A stretch of 63,393 nucleotides of DNA, filler included, from Rhabdomonas costata (lineage: Eukaryota), in the NCBI GenBank assembly GCA_019059605.1. It is 50 parts of 50 records of this genome, joined end to end, with 100 filler letters (N's around TTAATTAATTAA, not from the genome) between each part and the next. Parts side by side here need not be neighbours in the genome. Positions count along the whole stretch, not along the records: positions 1 to 1,170 come from JAHMHO010025188.1; positions 1,271 to 2,441 come from JAHMHO010025189.1; positions 2,542 to 3,711 come from JAHMHO010025190.1; positions 3,812 to 4,983 come from JAHMHO010025191.1; positions 5,084 to 6,253 come from JAHMHO010025192.1; positions 6,354 to 7,523 come from JAHMHO010025193.1; positions 7,624 to 8,793 come from JAHMHO010025194.1; positions 8,894 to 10,063 come from JAHMHO010025195.1; 42 more parts are not named here. The stretch is one strand, 5' to 3'. Made by a program: the position numbers and the translations under genes. Positions within the stretch are counted from its first letter, which is position 1, and every line of letters starts with the position of its first letter. The notes below the pieces were generated by a model that was not told the DNA's origin, did no database searches, and worked only from the letters and a program-made list of their open reading frames with translations. Of the stretch, positions 1 to 11,333 are shown in pieces.

Positions 1-1170
1 TTTGTGTGTTATTATGTTACAACATTACAGTGTAATAATAGATGGCTAAGTAGAATATGTAGTTGGGTCTTTTGTATACAGAAGGCATCCCTAACGCTGC
101 GTGGCCGATATTTGCGGTAAGTAGATTCCCAACATTTCACCTTCTTCAGGTTGTGGTTAACTTGGGCGACCATTTCGCGCCGCTTCTTGCCACAAGCAGC
201 GAATGTGTTACGACAGCAGTAGTTGGAGCATGAGAGGACCCCAGTATGCGACCATTTCTTTCGATCATATTGAGACATTACGAACGAATTGAGGAACGTT
301 GTGACGACCGTAGTGAGAGCCGATCGAAGGCCATCTTCTAGAATTACTTATTCTATACGTGTCTCTTCACTCTCATGATGATACCTGCCTATCGTCTGGA
401 ACCATCATGTTCGTTTCAATCGGCGTAGCTATGCGTGACTTCCCCAGTTTGGGTTCAACTTAATGGGTGGTTTACGCTTTCCCACTTCACATTTCTACTG
501 AGTGGTGAGTCTGAGGTTGAGTTTGGCGTCTCTAATGGCATCCTTCCACTCCAACGACAACAGGGGCCATGAATTACGCACAGTGTACCAGGTGATGCAT
601 TTCCATTTCTGCCTTCGTTGTGTCGGTCTGTGCTCACCGGCATCTACACCATCAGCATCCTCCGTAGACGTGTGAAATTCCACTTGGCATTACATTGCAA
701 TGTCCATACAACGACACCCTAAGTTTTGTTGACTTTAGCCCAGGACACACCTTGTGATGACATAAGGCTGTGGATGCGAAGCCATTTTCAGCACGTCCTA
801 CGCCAACACAATCACCACACAGAAACACATGATAGGAATAGAGGGAATACACGCACACTATGCATACCTTATGCCTACTGTGCTGATGATGATGGTGGGT
901 TGGAGTGGCCAGGCAGGACCATCATCACGACTGCCCATGACATCACAACCCTGGGTGGAGGAGATAACACTACGGGTGTAGTGATGTAGTGATACCATAG
1001 CAGCAGGCAACCAGTGCACTACCACCATGGGTTACACCACGATGTAGGGTTAGCATCCACAACCAGTCCATAACCCACCATGTGACGTATGCTACTACTA
1101 CCATGGCAACAAGGCCAATGGGTTGGTGTACATCGCCCTCATGTTGCTAGTGTGGTGTGTCCAACCACTG

Positions 1171-1270
1171 NNNNNNNNNNNNNNNNNNNNNNNNNNNNNN
1201 NNNNNNNNNNNNNNTTAATTAATTAANNNNNNNNNNNNNNNNNNNNNNNNNNNNNNNNNNNNNNNNNNNN
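1171..1270. other. Artificial contig linker (N44-TTAATTAATTAA-N44); first of 49 such linkers spaced about every 1270 bp
   Basis: The same N-flanked 12-mer, which has stops in all six frames, recurs throughout the window. Confidence 0.99.
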
Positions 1271-2040
1271 AACCTTCTGGCTCCCTCAATTTGACCAAAT
1301 ACCTCTGCGATACAAAAACCCAACTTCCTTCTGTTTTCCCCATATTTGCATTGAGCACAGAACAACCGGACGTCATTTCACGAAGCTTCTGCCTTTTTAG
1401 CTTTTTTTTAGAATTAAGATCAGGCTTTCCACAAATGGCTAAAGTCCACTCAGAAGAGCCATTATAGCTGAGATCTGCAAATTCGATAGCCAATTCCTGT
1501 GTTCTTTTTTTAGAATAAAATGCTTGGCGAAATGAAAGGTGCTGCGAGTGATTGCCCTTTTTTCCATTAGCTTTTCTATGGCTTCTGACTGCGCGAGTTC
1601 TTTGCAAAGCACGCAATCGGACGAGGTACAAGCAACTACTCTTCCTGCTGAGGAGCTGCACCCGGACCTCCCAGCGCCGCTGGAAGATCAGCAGCTTCCT
1701 GTTCCTGCGGCGCCCTCATCACGGCCACGAATCATTGAACCTGGCCGCGAGGAACCTTCGCCAAGCCCGAGGACACTGAGGCGCTGGCAGCAAAAACGGC
1801 GGGCTCAGCTAGGCCTGCCTCCTAGACCGCCCGGGCGTCCTTCCAAGAGGAGCGCTGAGGCGGACGAAGTCGAGCTGTACATGCGCGACTTGTACGCATT
1901 CACGGTATAAAAAATTTCATATAGTGGAAATTTGCTTTGTGAATGAAAATACACGGTGCACATACTACGTCCGGTGAGCTACTTTCTGTTCTTCATTTTA
2001 GGATGCTGTCCCGGAAGTCCCGGAAGGGCAAGTTGGTTCG

Positions 2041-2079
2041 AGCTCAAGCTCAAGCTCAAGCTCAAGCTCAAGCTCAAGC
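2041..2079 (+). repeat. (AGCTCA)6 microsatellite
   Basis: Read directly from the sequence. Confidence 0.95.
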
Positions 2080-2223
2080 GCCGCGGTTCGACAAAGGAGG
2101 CGTTTCAAGGTTGATGCTTGTATCCTTGCACTTGATCTACACTTAGGCGGAAGTTTGCCTCAGTTTTCTTTACGCTTCAGCAATCCGTTAACGAAAGCGT
2201 CAACGGAAACGAGAACGACATCC

Positions 2224-2257
<34 letters not shown>

Positions 2258-2278
2258 CAGCAGCAGCAGCAGCAGCAG
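2224..2278 (+). repeat. (GCA/CAG)n trinucleotide repeat, ~18 units with one interruption
   Basis: Read directly from the sequence. Confidence 0.95.
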
Positions 2279-2542
2279 TGTGAACATCTCTGCTCAGGTG
2301 AAAATCGCTGTGTGCTCTCGTTTTTCTTTAAGGCAATGTGAACCTGGTGCTGTATTCCACCCAAACGTTATCATGTTTTTCATCCTCCATGCGACCACCG
2401 GGACTCGGGGGTCTCCAACAGCAGCGCAGTGCAACCAAAAANNNNNNNNNNNNNNNNNNNNNNNNNNNNNNNNNNNNNNNNNNNNTTAATTAATTAANNN
2501 NNNNNNNNNNNNNNNNNNNNNNNNNNNNNNNNNNNNNNNNNT

Positions 2543-3711
2543 GGTGACCGTGGTCGACTGGGTCATGGTGATGTCAAGCCTCAAGCCTTGCCGAAAGTTG
2601 TTTCCGCCCTGCAAGGCAAGCAAATCCTCAGTATCAGTGCCGGGGGATGGCACTCCATGGCACAAACCAATGAGGGCTTGTTTACATGGGGAGATGGTGG
2701 TGAGTTGTGTCTGGGCCATGGAGACCTTCAGGATCGACTCGAGCCCGAGGTTGTGGCGAGCCTGCTGGGCAAACAAATTAGGCAGATCAGTTGTGGCTAC
2801 TACCACAGCATGGCTCTGACCACCGAAGGCTTGTTCACTTGGGGTAGGGGTTGGCATGGCCGCCTTGGACATGCGGACGAGAAAGACCAGCCAGTGCCGA
2901 AGCTTGTGGAGGGCCTGCAGGGCAAGACGATCATCTGGATCGGCGCTGGGCGTTACCACTGCTATGCGCTGACTACGGAAGGGCTCTACACTTGGGGAAA
3001 TGGTTCTTCCGGTTGTCTGGGTCACGGTGATAATGAGGATCAGCTTTTGCCGAAGAAGGTTGATGCCTTGGAAGGCAAAGAAATTATCATGGTGTGTGGT
3101 GGGAGAGATCACTCCATGGCTCTGACTAAAGAAGGCGTTTATTCATGGGGGGACGGTGCCAATGGACGCCTGGGTCACGGAGACACAACGCACCAATACA
3201 GTCCCAAGCGCATTGACGCATTGCAATGTGACCGAGTACTTGCGATTTGTGCTGGGGTACACCACTCCATGGCACTAACAACCGATGGGCTTTACTCATG
3301 GGGCAGTGGTGCAGAAGGAAGCCTTGGCCATGGAGATACCGCAGACCAGATATTTCCGAAGAAGATTATATCCTTTCCCCTTCCCTCCCTCAGTGCATTT
3401 CCTCCCATTGTTCCGACGTCAGAAGACCTCAGTATGGCTCTGCGGTACTTTCAGAGTCTGCTGGCCATCCAAAGAATGGAGAAGGACAAGGCCGAGGTGG
3501 AGACTCTTGGGCTCCAACGTGAGAACCAAACCCCCCAGCGTGATCTGAAGGCCGTGCTGCAGCAGATGGAGGAGCTGCAGGAGAAAGTCCAAAACTCAGA
3601 GGCAGAGATTCAGAGACTAGGGGAGGAGAACAAGCAGCTTGAGGACAGCCTGCAAAAGAAAGAAGAAGAGCCGGCTCAGGCCGCCCACACCCACCCAACC
3701 ACACCCAACAC
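2543..3711 (+). CDS. RCC1-repeat protein with C-terminal coiled coil (partial, no intron in this stretch)
   Basis: Frame is open across the whole contig; about five ~50-aa repeats of the form I..I.aG.xHSMALTxEGLYxWGxGxxGxLGHGD..P..; followed by an E/Q/K-rich heptad region. Confidence 0.95.
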
Positions 3712-6599
3712 NNNNNNNNNNNNNNNNNNNNNNNNNNNNNNNNNNNNNNNNNNNNTTAATTAATTAANNNNNNNNNNNNNNNNNNNNNNNNNNNNNNNNN
3801 NNNNNNNNNNNGGTGGTTGTTTTCGTGCTCTTCTTTTTCATACATTGCTTATGCTCATTTGTGTTTTTTAGGCACTACACGTCACTGCTTCACCACCATT
3901 CCGCGTGTGTGTTTCTTTGCTTGTTTTTATAGTCATCATCTTTGCTTTTTGTACTACCCAGAGTGCGGAAAACCGCCGCCAACCTGCATCAAACATGCAC
4001 CCAAGTAGCAGCTCCTGCGGTAAGCAGCCGGCAGTAACCAGATAGCCAGTCAGCTCTGGGGGAAGGTACGTTCACATGGCTATTGATGCTCAATTATACG
4101 AGACCACACATATGCACACACAAACCACTTTTTTCTGTACTTGCTTTGAACCTAGATCCATTTCCCCAACTAACAGATTTCTTTATTCAAACCATAACAC
4201 ATCAGTTTCTGACATTATCGCTACTTACCTTTTTCAGGGAATCCTCCGCTAGAGTTTGAATACGTTCTGGAGGTGATGCTCGGGTTGTGGCACGGTTTGC
4301 TTTGCTTTCCTGCACTGCTGCGCATGTAATCGCGAAGCTCTAGCGATTTCCTATTTTAGCGAGATTTTGTTGTTCTTCTGCTGAAGAATGTGGTCGCCGT
4401 GGTTGCTTATTAGCATTGCCAGACGTGCAATGAACACCGTTACAATGGGGTCGCTAATGCCCAGTCCACCGTGTTTTCTACCATGGTTCTACCATGAGTT
4501 GAATTCCGATGATGGTTTGGATAGTGTCCACGCCATCATATTGCATCAGTGTTATTGCTAATTCCGGCCAATAAATGCTTGGCATTGCCTGTGCAATGTG
4601 CTGAATCCGAAAGTGACAAGACAGGCGTTGATAATTTCCAGTGCCTAGCAGGGGGAACTGCACGGAGCGCTTGCAAGACACTGTGTCATCGTTTGGTAGG
4701 TGCGCTCGTAGTTCTGGTGAATTGATGGCGCCTGACTGATACCGTGTGGAGCAGGAGCAGGAGAGTCGTAGTAAAGCTAGCACTTGCGCCCTGTGATGCA
4801 TGCTTTTTGCAGGACCGTAGACAAGCTTAAATCCCGATTGCACCTCGCAATTGCAAACAAGTGGATGACAACGTTAATTGCGGTGTTGAGGATGCAGATT
4901 TGCGGTGAAAGAGATTTTATGGCTCAATTATTTTAAAAGCTCCATAGATATCACGTATTTCCATGGCTGGCGCCACCAACCCCNNNNNNNNNNNNNNNNN
5001 NNNNNNNNNNNNNNNNNNNNNNNNNNNTTAATTAATTAANNNNNNNNNNNNNNNNNNNNNNNNNNNNNNNNNNNNNNNNNNNNGGGTGGGTGGGCGGAAG
5101 AAGGACTGTGGGAAAAGTCACTACTTCCTATTCTGCGCAGCCACGGTCATTTGCCCTTGAAACAACTGGACAAATGGAAACAAACCGTGTCAGCTGAACA
5201 CAAATGGAAGGAAGTAGTGATCGTGAGGATGAAAGCGATGAACTCTGAGATGAGCAGCTATTAATCTCATGCGTGTCCCCCCCCCCCGGGGACTGGTTGG
5301 GTTCTCCTCGGCATGTCGACTTTTGCACCCTTTACATCTGAAATCGGAGGATGGGTCGGGTTGTACGGGCTCTGAGATGGGCGTGCGAGGTGTGGGTTGG
5401 CAGATATGAGGCATGAATCGACGGATGGGCACCACCAGTACTGAAGAGCAGTTTTTGCAGGATGACAACCCCAGCATGAGCAAGGGCTCTGAGAGGCACG
5501 TTTTCTGTTGTTTGGGTCACCAGTCGACACAACAGTGGACTAACTGAACAATGAGCAGTCATGCACCCCCAAAAAACTCTTCTCCCTTGCATTCTCTGAA
5601 AGCAGAAAATGGGGCGACGCTGACCTCCTCGAAGGCCCCCACTTTTGTCGGGGAGAGCGCCTCCTCAGTGTCTTCTGCGGGGGAAGGATGAAGCTTTCCA
5701 GACCTCCGCTTTGTCCCGCGGGAGGAGGCCGTCGCGCTGCGTGATCGCTTACGGGAGGGCGCCTCAGAACGGCTACGGTCCAGGAAGGACTCCACCAGCT
5801 GCTGGGAGAGCCGTGAGGCCTTTCCTGGGTGTGGGGTTGTGGTGAGAATCCAGGGAATTAAATTCTGTGACAACACATCTGGGTATTTTGCAGAGTCCTT
5901 TCGAAGGATGTATAGATGCAAAGATTAACGAAGTGGCACTGAATGCAGAAACTCCATGCGGTTTCGCCTGGCATTTCTTCACTGTGATTAAGGTGTTTCC
6001 CTATTTGTGCTTGCGAGCTGTGGTTGACTTGCTGGGATTTGCATTTGGGTTTGATTTCGTGCCTTTACGCAGATGTATTTATTGCGTGTTATTGCAAATG
6101 TTCTGTCGCGTTCCGTCCGTCCGATGGCAAAAGGTTCCCCGGCCACGTCAGGAATGCATGACCTCGGCTTTGCATGCGGACACCTGACAGAACTGACACA
6201 ACATTCGGCTAACACATGCTCCCATCCCATCCCATGCGTCCTTAACAGCATCCNNNNNNNNNNNNNNNNNNNNNNNNNNNNNNNNNNNNNNNNNNNNTTA
6301 ATTAATTAANNNNNNNNNNNNNNNNNNNNNNNNNNNNNNNNNNNNNNNNNNNNGGCGAAAAAGAAGAATCCTGGGGAATCTAACCGTTTCCGGGCAAGGG
6401 CTTCTCACCGAATTTCGGGAACACATTGGGGCATGTGGGAAAGATACCATCTCCTTCCTGTCCCACCTTCCGTTCACTACATTGTGACCCCGTGCTTCCG
6501 CAATTAACTCCATAGCCCAGGCAGAGTTCACCCACCCGGGGCAGTGCATTTTGGGGTTCACCAGCCTGAGCCAAGCCAGGAAGCTGGCAAGACGAACAC

Positions 6600-6775
6600 A
6601 ACCTGGCCTCGCGAGCGCCCAGTGCAGCCCTGGCTTGTGTCTCAGCCGTCAGGAGCTCGGCCTGGGCCCTTTCCGAGGCCTCGGCCTGGCACAACGCAGA
6701 CCATGCCCCAGCCTCCTCGGTCTCGAGCTCCCCTCTCCGCCTCAGGAAAGACTCCCAAAGCTGTGCAGCGGCCTG
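6600..6775 (-). CDS. Probable exon of an Ala/Glu-rich coiled-coil protein
   Basis: GC-rich open frame AAAQLWESFLRRRGELETEEAGAWSALCQAEASERAQAELL...; plausible AG and GT boundaries; coordinates approximate. Confidence 0.45.
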
Positions 6776-8605
6776 CACAGAAAACCCAAGGAAATGGTAC
6801 CACACTCCAGCTCAGCTCTCTTCCTCTTCCTTTCCATGCCCCATAACATCAGAATTGAACCGTGTGCTGTGACAGCGCAAGTGGAAACCCGTGGAGCAGC
6901 ACGTGGGGGGCCCAAAACAGAATGTGTGGGTGAAGGAGGAGGGTGGGAGGAAGACTCTCACCTCAAAGCTGTCTGCAGGCTTTCTTGGAGAGACCTTCTC
7001 CTGCGGAGAAATCAAAGAAGGGTATAAACCGTGCTTGTGATATATCCACCACAACCACAATTCACAAGTGGCGCCACAACACCATACCCCAATACGCTGC
7101 TTCTGTTGCAAAAGAGCAGTGTTCATTGCAAGTTTTTCTCGGCCGTTCATGAAAGGATTTTGATTCTTCCACCTGTTTGAAATCTCCATGGCGCATACTT
7201 CACCAGCAGCCAACAAAATGGCCAACGGTTCGCACTTGATGTGGGTGGGAAAGGTGTGCGAACACACAAAGGCAAGGAGCGCGGGCCCCCGCGACATACG
7301 GATGGCTTCTTGACTCGCCGTCGCACCACGGAGGGTTGCTGAACAGAAGGCCAAAGCACAGCGAGATGAGAGAATCGAAGAAAATTTCCTAGCCCTCGCC
7401 GTTCAATCCTCGTGGAGAAGCCCTCCAGGGCTCCAAGACAACTCCAATTCTGCGTTCCAAACAAGTCTGTGCCTTGCACACCATAAAGCCAACCGTTGCC
7501 AATGGACCGCGCTAAATAAAATGNNNNNNNNNNNNNNNNNNNNNNNNNNNNNNNNNNNNNNNNNNNNTTAATTAATTAANNNNNNNNNNNNNNNNNNNNN
7601 NNNNNNNNNNNNNNNNNNNNNNNGGGTTTTGGTCCAGCACCGTCATCCGTGCTCATTGTTGCGCCCTTTGTCCCTTTGAGTGCTTTTGTTTGGATATTGT
7701 CGGCAAGTTCTTTTCAGTGCTATCTTTTTTTTACTCATGTGCAAATGTGAGGATGCTGCTGGCCCTCAGAGTGAAAGGTCTCCTCTTCCCACCTAATCGT
7801 TGTTGTTGCCCTTCGAGCAAGTGCGCAGCATGTGCAGGGGCAGATCTTCCTGTGCTTCTGACCGGCGTGGATGCCGCTCTTGAAGCGCAGGATCCCTCGT
7901 GGTCTGTGGTGTCTTCACCGTTCCACTCGTTCCTTTCTCGTATTCGTCGTGCCGCGAGTTGGGTCATCCGCAACTCTTGTGGGAGGGCTTCGCACCGAAG
8001 CTGGACACACCTGCACCTGAATTTGAGCTAGAATTTTCGCTCCTGATACAAAGCGTTAAAAAAACGGACGTAAAATTCCTGAGGAAATGCAGATTTCAGA
8101 CAGAATTTGGATTGGAACGGATCGAAAAGAAACGGACCGAAAGGCCCTAGTCTGCTTCGGCTGAGAATACCGTCGATTTATTGGGTGTCTCATGTACTTT
8201 GGTATACCTTGCTAACATCTTCGAGTCGCCCTATAGGGAGAGGTCTGGCTCCAAAAGCAATGCATCAGAACAAATGAAAATTCAGTCGCGGTTCCGTTAA
8301 TAGTCGTCAGGCGTAACTTAATCGAACTTTTTTGTGCAGCTGCGTGAAGTCGAGTCCCACTCCCTACGTTGAAAAGTGTTTTGCGCTTGCACTGGTGTGC
8401 TTTTCTGTATTCTGCATATTCTCGATGGGAGGTAATCCTATCCTTTTATTTTCGTGTCCTTGCCTGCTCTCCTAGTCCACAAGCGACTACGTTCTTGCCC
8501 TTCTGTGGTGGGAGGGGTGTCGAGGGGTTCATATGGCATTCCATTCACCGCGTGTCCTGCTCGTTTCCCTTTCTGCCTCTCCTGACCCCGCCTGACCCCG
8601 CCTGA

Positions 8606-8793
8606 CCCCACCCCTCCCTTTTTTCTCCCCTTCTCCCTCCTTCTTCCCCCTTCCTCTTTTCCCTTCCCTTTCTCCTCTCCTTTTCTCTCTTTCCTCTCTT
8701 CCCCCCTTTTTCTTCCCTCCTTTTTCTTTCCCTCTTCCCTTCCCTCTCTTCCCTCTCTTCCTTCTTCCCCCTTCCCCTCCTCCCCCCCCCTTC
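8606..8793 (+). repeat. ~190-bp almost pure polypyrimidine (C/T) tract, preceded by three copies of CCTGACCCC(G/A)
   Basis: Read directly from the sequence. Confidence 0.9.
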
Positions 8794-8893
8794 NNNNNNN
8801 NNNNNNNNNNNNNNNNNNNNNNNNNNNNNNNNNNNNNTTAATTAATTAANNNNNNNNNNNNNNNNNNNNNNNNNNNNNNNNNNNNNNNNNNNN

Positions 8894-9058
8894 ACATTCC
8901 CAGGGTGTCAAGCTTTCCGGGCTGGTCTAGGACTTCCTCCAGGACGTCCCTGGCCACCTCCCCAACAAAGGAGTCCACTGTAACGTCACAGGCATCCGCC
9001 GCAAGCTTCACTGTGAGGTCATAGTACTCGGGGTGGATGCGAGTCCTGTCCAGAGGGT
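8894..9058 (-). CDS. SPT6: Transcription elongation factor Spt6 exon (partial)
   Basis: PLDRTRIHPEYYDLTVKLAADAC matches the conserved Spt6/Tex motif LDxTRIHPExY..A.KMAADA; polypyrimidine-CAG acceptor at 9059-9061. Confidence 0.8.
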
Positions 9059-11161
9059 CTGAAACGGTACAAAAGCAAGAAAAAGGAAGGTAAGAACAGC
9101 AAAGCCCATCATGGTTCACGTCTGCTCTCGCTCTTCAGTAGAGCAGCATCTCAATTATATCCAACTCTGTGAATTGGTTTTCTTTTTGCTTTGCCCGCGC
9201 ACCAGTGGCAACGCCCTCCTTTCCTTCAGCTCCCAAAACATGCACCACGGTCTTCATTCACCGCTCACCCCTGTCCTTGGTTATTCCTAAACCTTCACCA
9301 AAGCAAAAAAATGCATGCCACGCAACAAAAACATCGCTCCATCGCAGATCGCCATCGAGCTGGGTTAAAGACTCCGCAAAAACCATCGACATCACACCCT
9401 TTGAGCATTCTTGCACTGCCTATTTCCTGTGAACCTCGTATTCTCTGCAGTTACACAGTGTTTGCGTAGCATCCGTGCAAATGCGTCACGTACGCCACGT
9501 CGCTCACCCGTATATTTGCTCACGCAAGGGACATACAATACTCTGGGTTCCTGGCAATGCAATCCTCCACACCGCTGAACTCCACGACCTGAGCGTAATC
9601 AGGAGATCACCTGACACCGCTCATGGGGTCCTGCCAGTCACCCCTCTTCCTTTTGCACAACCACAGATACCGACTACGTTTCGCATGGTTGACCAGCACG
9701 TGAACACAGCAGACAAAGGTCAATGGGGAAAGGACATTCCCTTTCAGAACGTGGGAGGTTTGCTACTTGTAATTGAGCCCCCTCCCCCCGAGGGCCGAAA
9801 GCAAAGCAAGGCCTCAATGCAGCACCTTGAAAAATACGGATGTTAGAATTTTTGCTCGAAAGAATTTCGGAGCAAATTTTCGCATTTTTTTTTTCAAAAG
9901 CAAAGGCCCCACCCATGGTTTTCTGGAACGGAATGACCGCCTTCAACTCTACACCGAACTATTTTGCTTCACTGGTGGCTCAGAACCTGCCAAGAATGGC
10001 AAAAATGCCCAATCCGTGCTAAAAAAACCAAGCACTGCCATCCGAAAAGACAGCCCAACACAANNNNNNNNNNNNNNNNNNNNNNNNNNNNNNNNNNNNN
10101 NNNNNNNTTAATTAATTAANNNNNNNNNNNNNNNNNNNNNNNNNNNNNNNNNNNNNNNNNNNNTGTGGTGGGTGTGGTTGGTGGGGGTGTGTCTGCGAGA
10201 AAAAAGCTCACATAAAGCAAACTGCAACGGCAAAAAATTCCGTCGAGCTGCAGGAAATACGGCACTCCGTGCGAGCCAATCATGGGCCTCCAATCATAGG
10301 CTCCCCTTCCCAAGTGTCTCACTGTCCACCAGTAAATATCTCGGTTGACACTTCATGTTACTCAAAAGAAAAAGACTTTCCTCACTTAAGCAGTTTTTAT
10401 TAAGACTGACTACACTAATGCAAGCCTAACACCTGCTTCTCCCGCAAACAACATGATGGAATGTTGTTTGTTTTTCAAGACGTTTATTCAAAATGCGGGT
10501 ACAGTTCTGGGGCACCATCGGAGTTCCTGCGAGCAGTGTAGAAAATTTTTATTTTTGATCGAGAATTTCTGTTTCTATTTAATGATTAAAACAACAGCCA
10601 TTTGGGGTATGGGGTATGGGGAAATTGCAATTATTGAACCTATCCCGAATTCGCACAGCAATCCAGCACCACGCAGCAGCACAGTTCTTCGAAACAGTGA
10701 AAAGGACACACCAGCACCATAAAATCTGCAGCAAAATTATAATGAGGTATTTTTTACACAAAGTTTACATTCGAAAGGTCCATGAAAGCCAGCACAGCCA
10801 GCGATAAGGCCATTGCCAACTCACCAACAAGGTTGTTTTTGGTGGTAAGTTCCTCGGCGGACATGTCTCCTTCATTTCAACACAGTGGAGATTTTTCTCC
10901 CTCGCGCTCACCGCGAAACAGGGAAACAAGCTGGAGGATTCTGCGGTTTGACTGAGCTCAGCAACAGTTGCATGGGAGCGTTGAGAAGAAACGCTGCCGA
11001 AGGGACTTTGGGCCGATATCAATAAAGGGGGGGTTTGGCGAATCGAGATCGGTCCCGTCCTGTTGACTTTTGCATTGCGGCATTGCGTGCAAAAAGCTCA
11101 TGAAAAGAGAGGCTGCTCATGGATGGAAATGAAACAAATTTTACAGCAGCAGCAGCAGCTA

Positions 11162-11333
<172 letters not shown>

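Noticed and set aside
1119-1130. TGGGTTGGTGTA, an 11/12 match to the kinetoplast minicircle CSB-3 sequence GGGGTTGGTGTA
   Set aside because: No CSB-1 or CSB-2 at the expected upstream spacing, and a one-mismatch 12-mer is not unlikely in 63 kb read on both strands. Worth revisiting only if this contig proves mitochondrial.
1215-1226. TTAATTAATTAA recurring about every 1270 bp, superficially like a regularly spaced repeat or CRISPR array
   Set aside because: Always embedded in N-runs; a synthetic six-frame-stop linker. ORFs ending in XXX-LIN are artefacts of it.
4128-4220. TTTCTGTACTT, AACTAAC and CAGTTTCTGACATTATCG, resembling pieces of the kinetoplastid/diplonemid spliced leader
   Set aside because: Pieces are out of order or wrongly spaced, and no GT donor or Sm site follows
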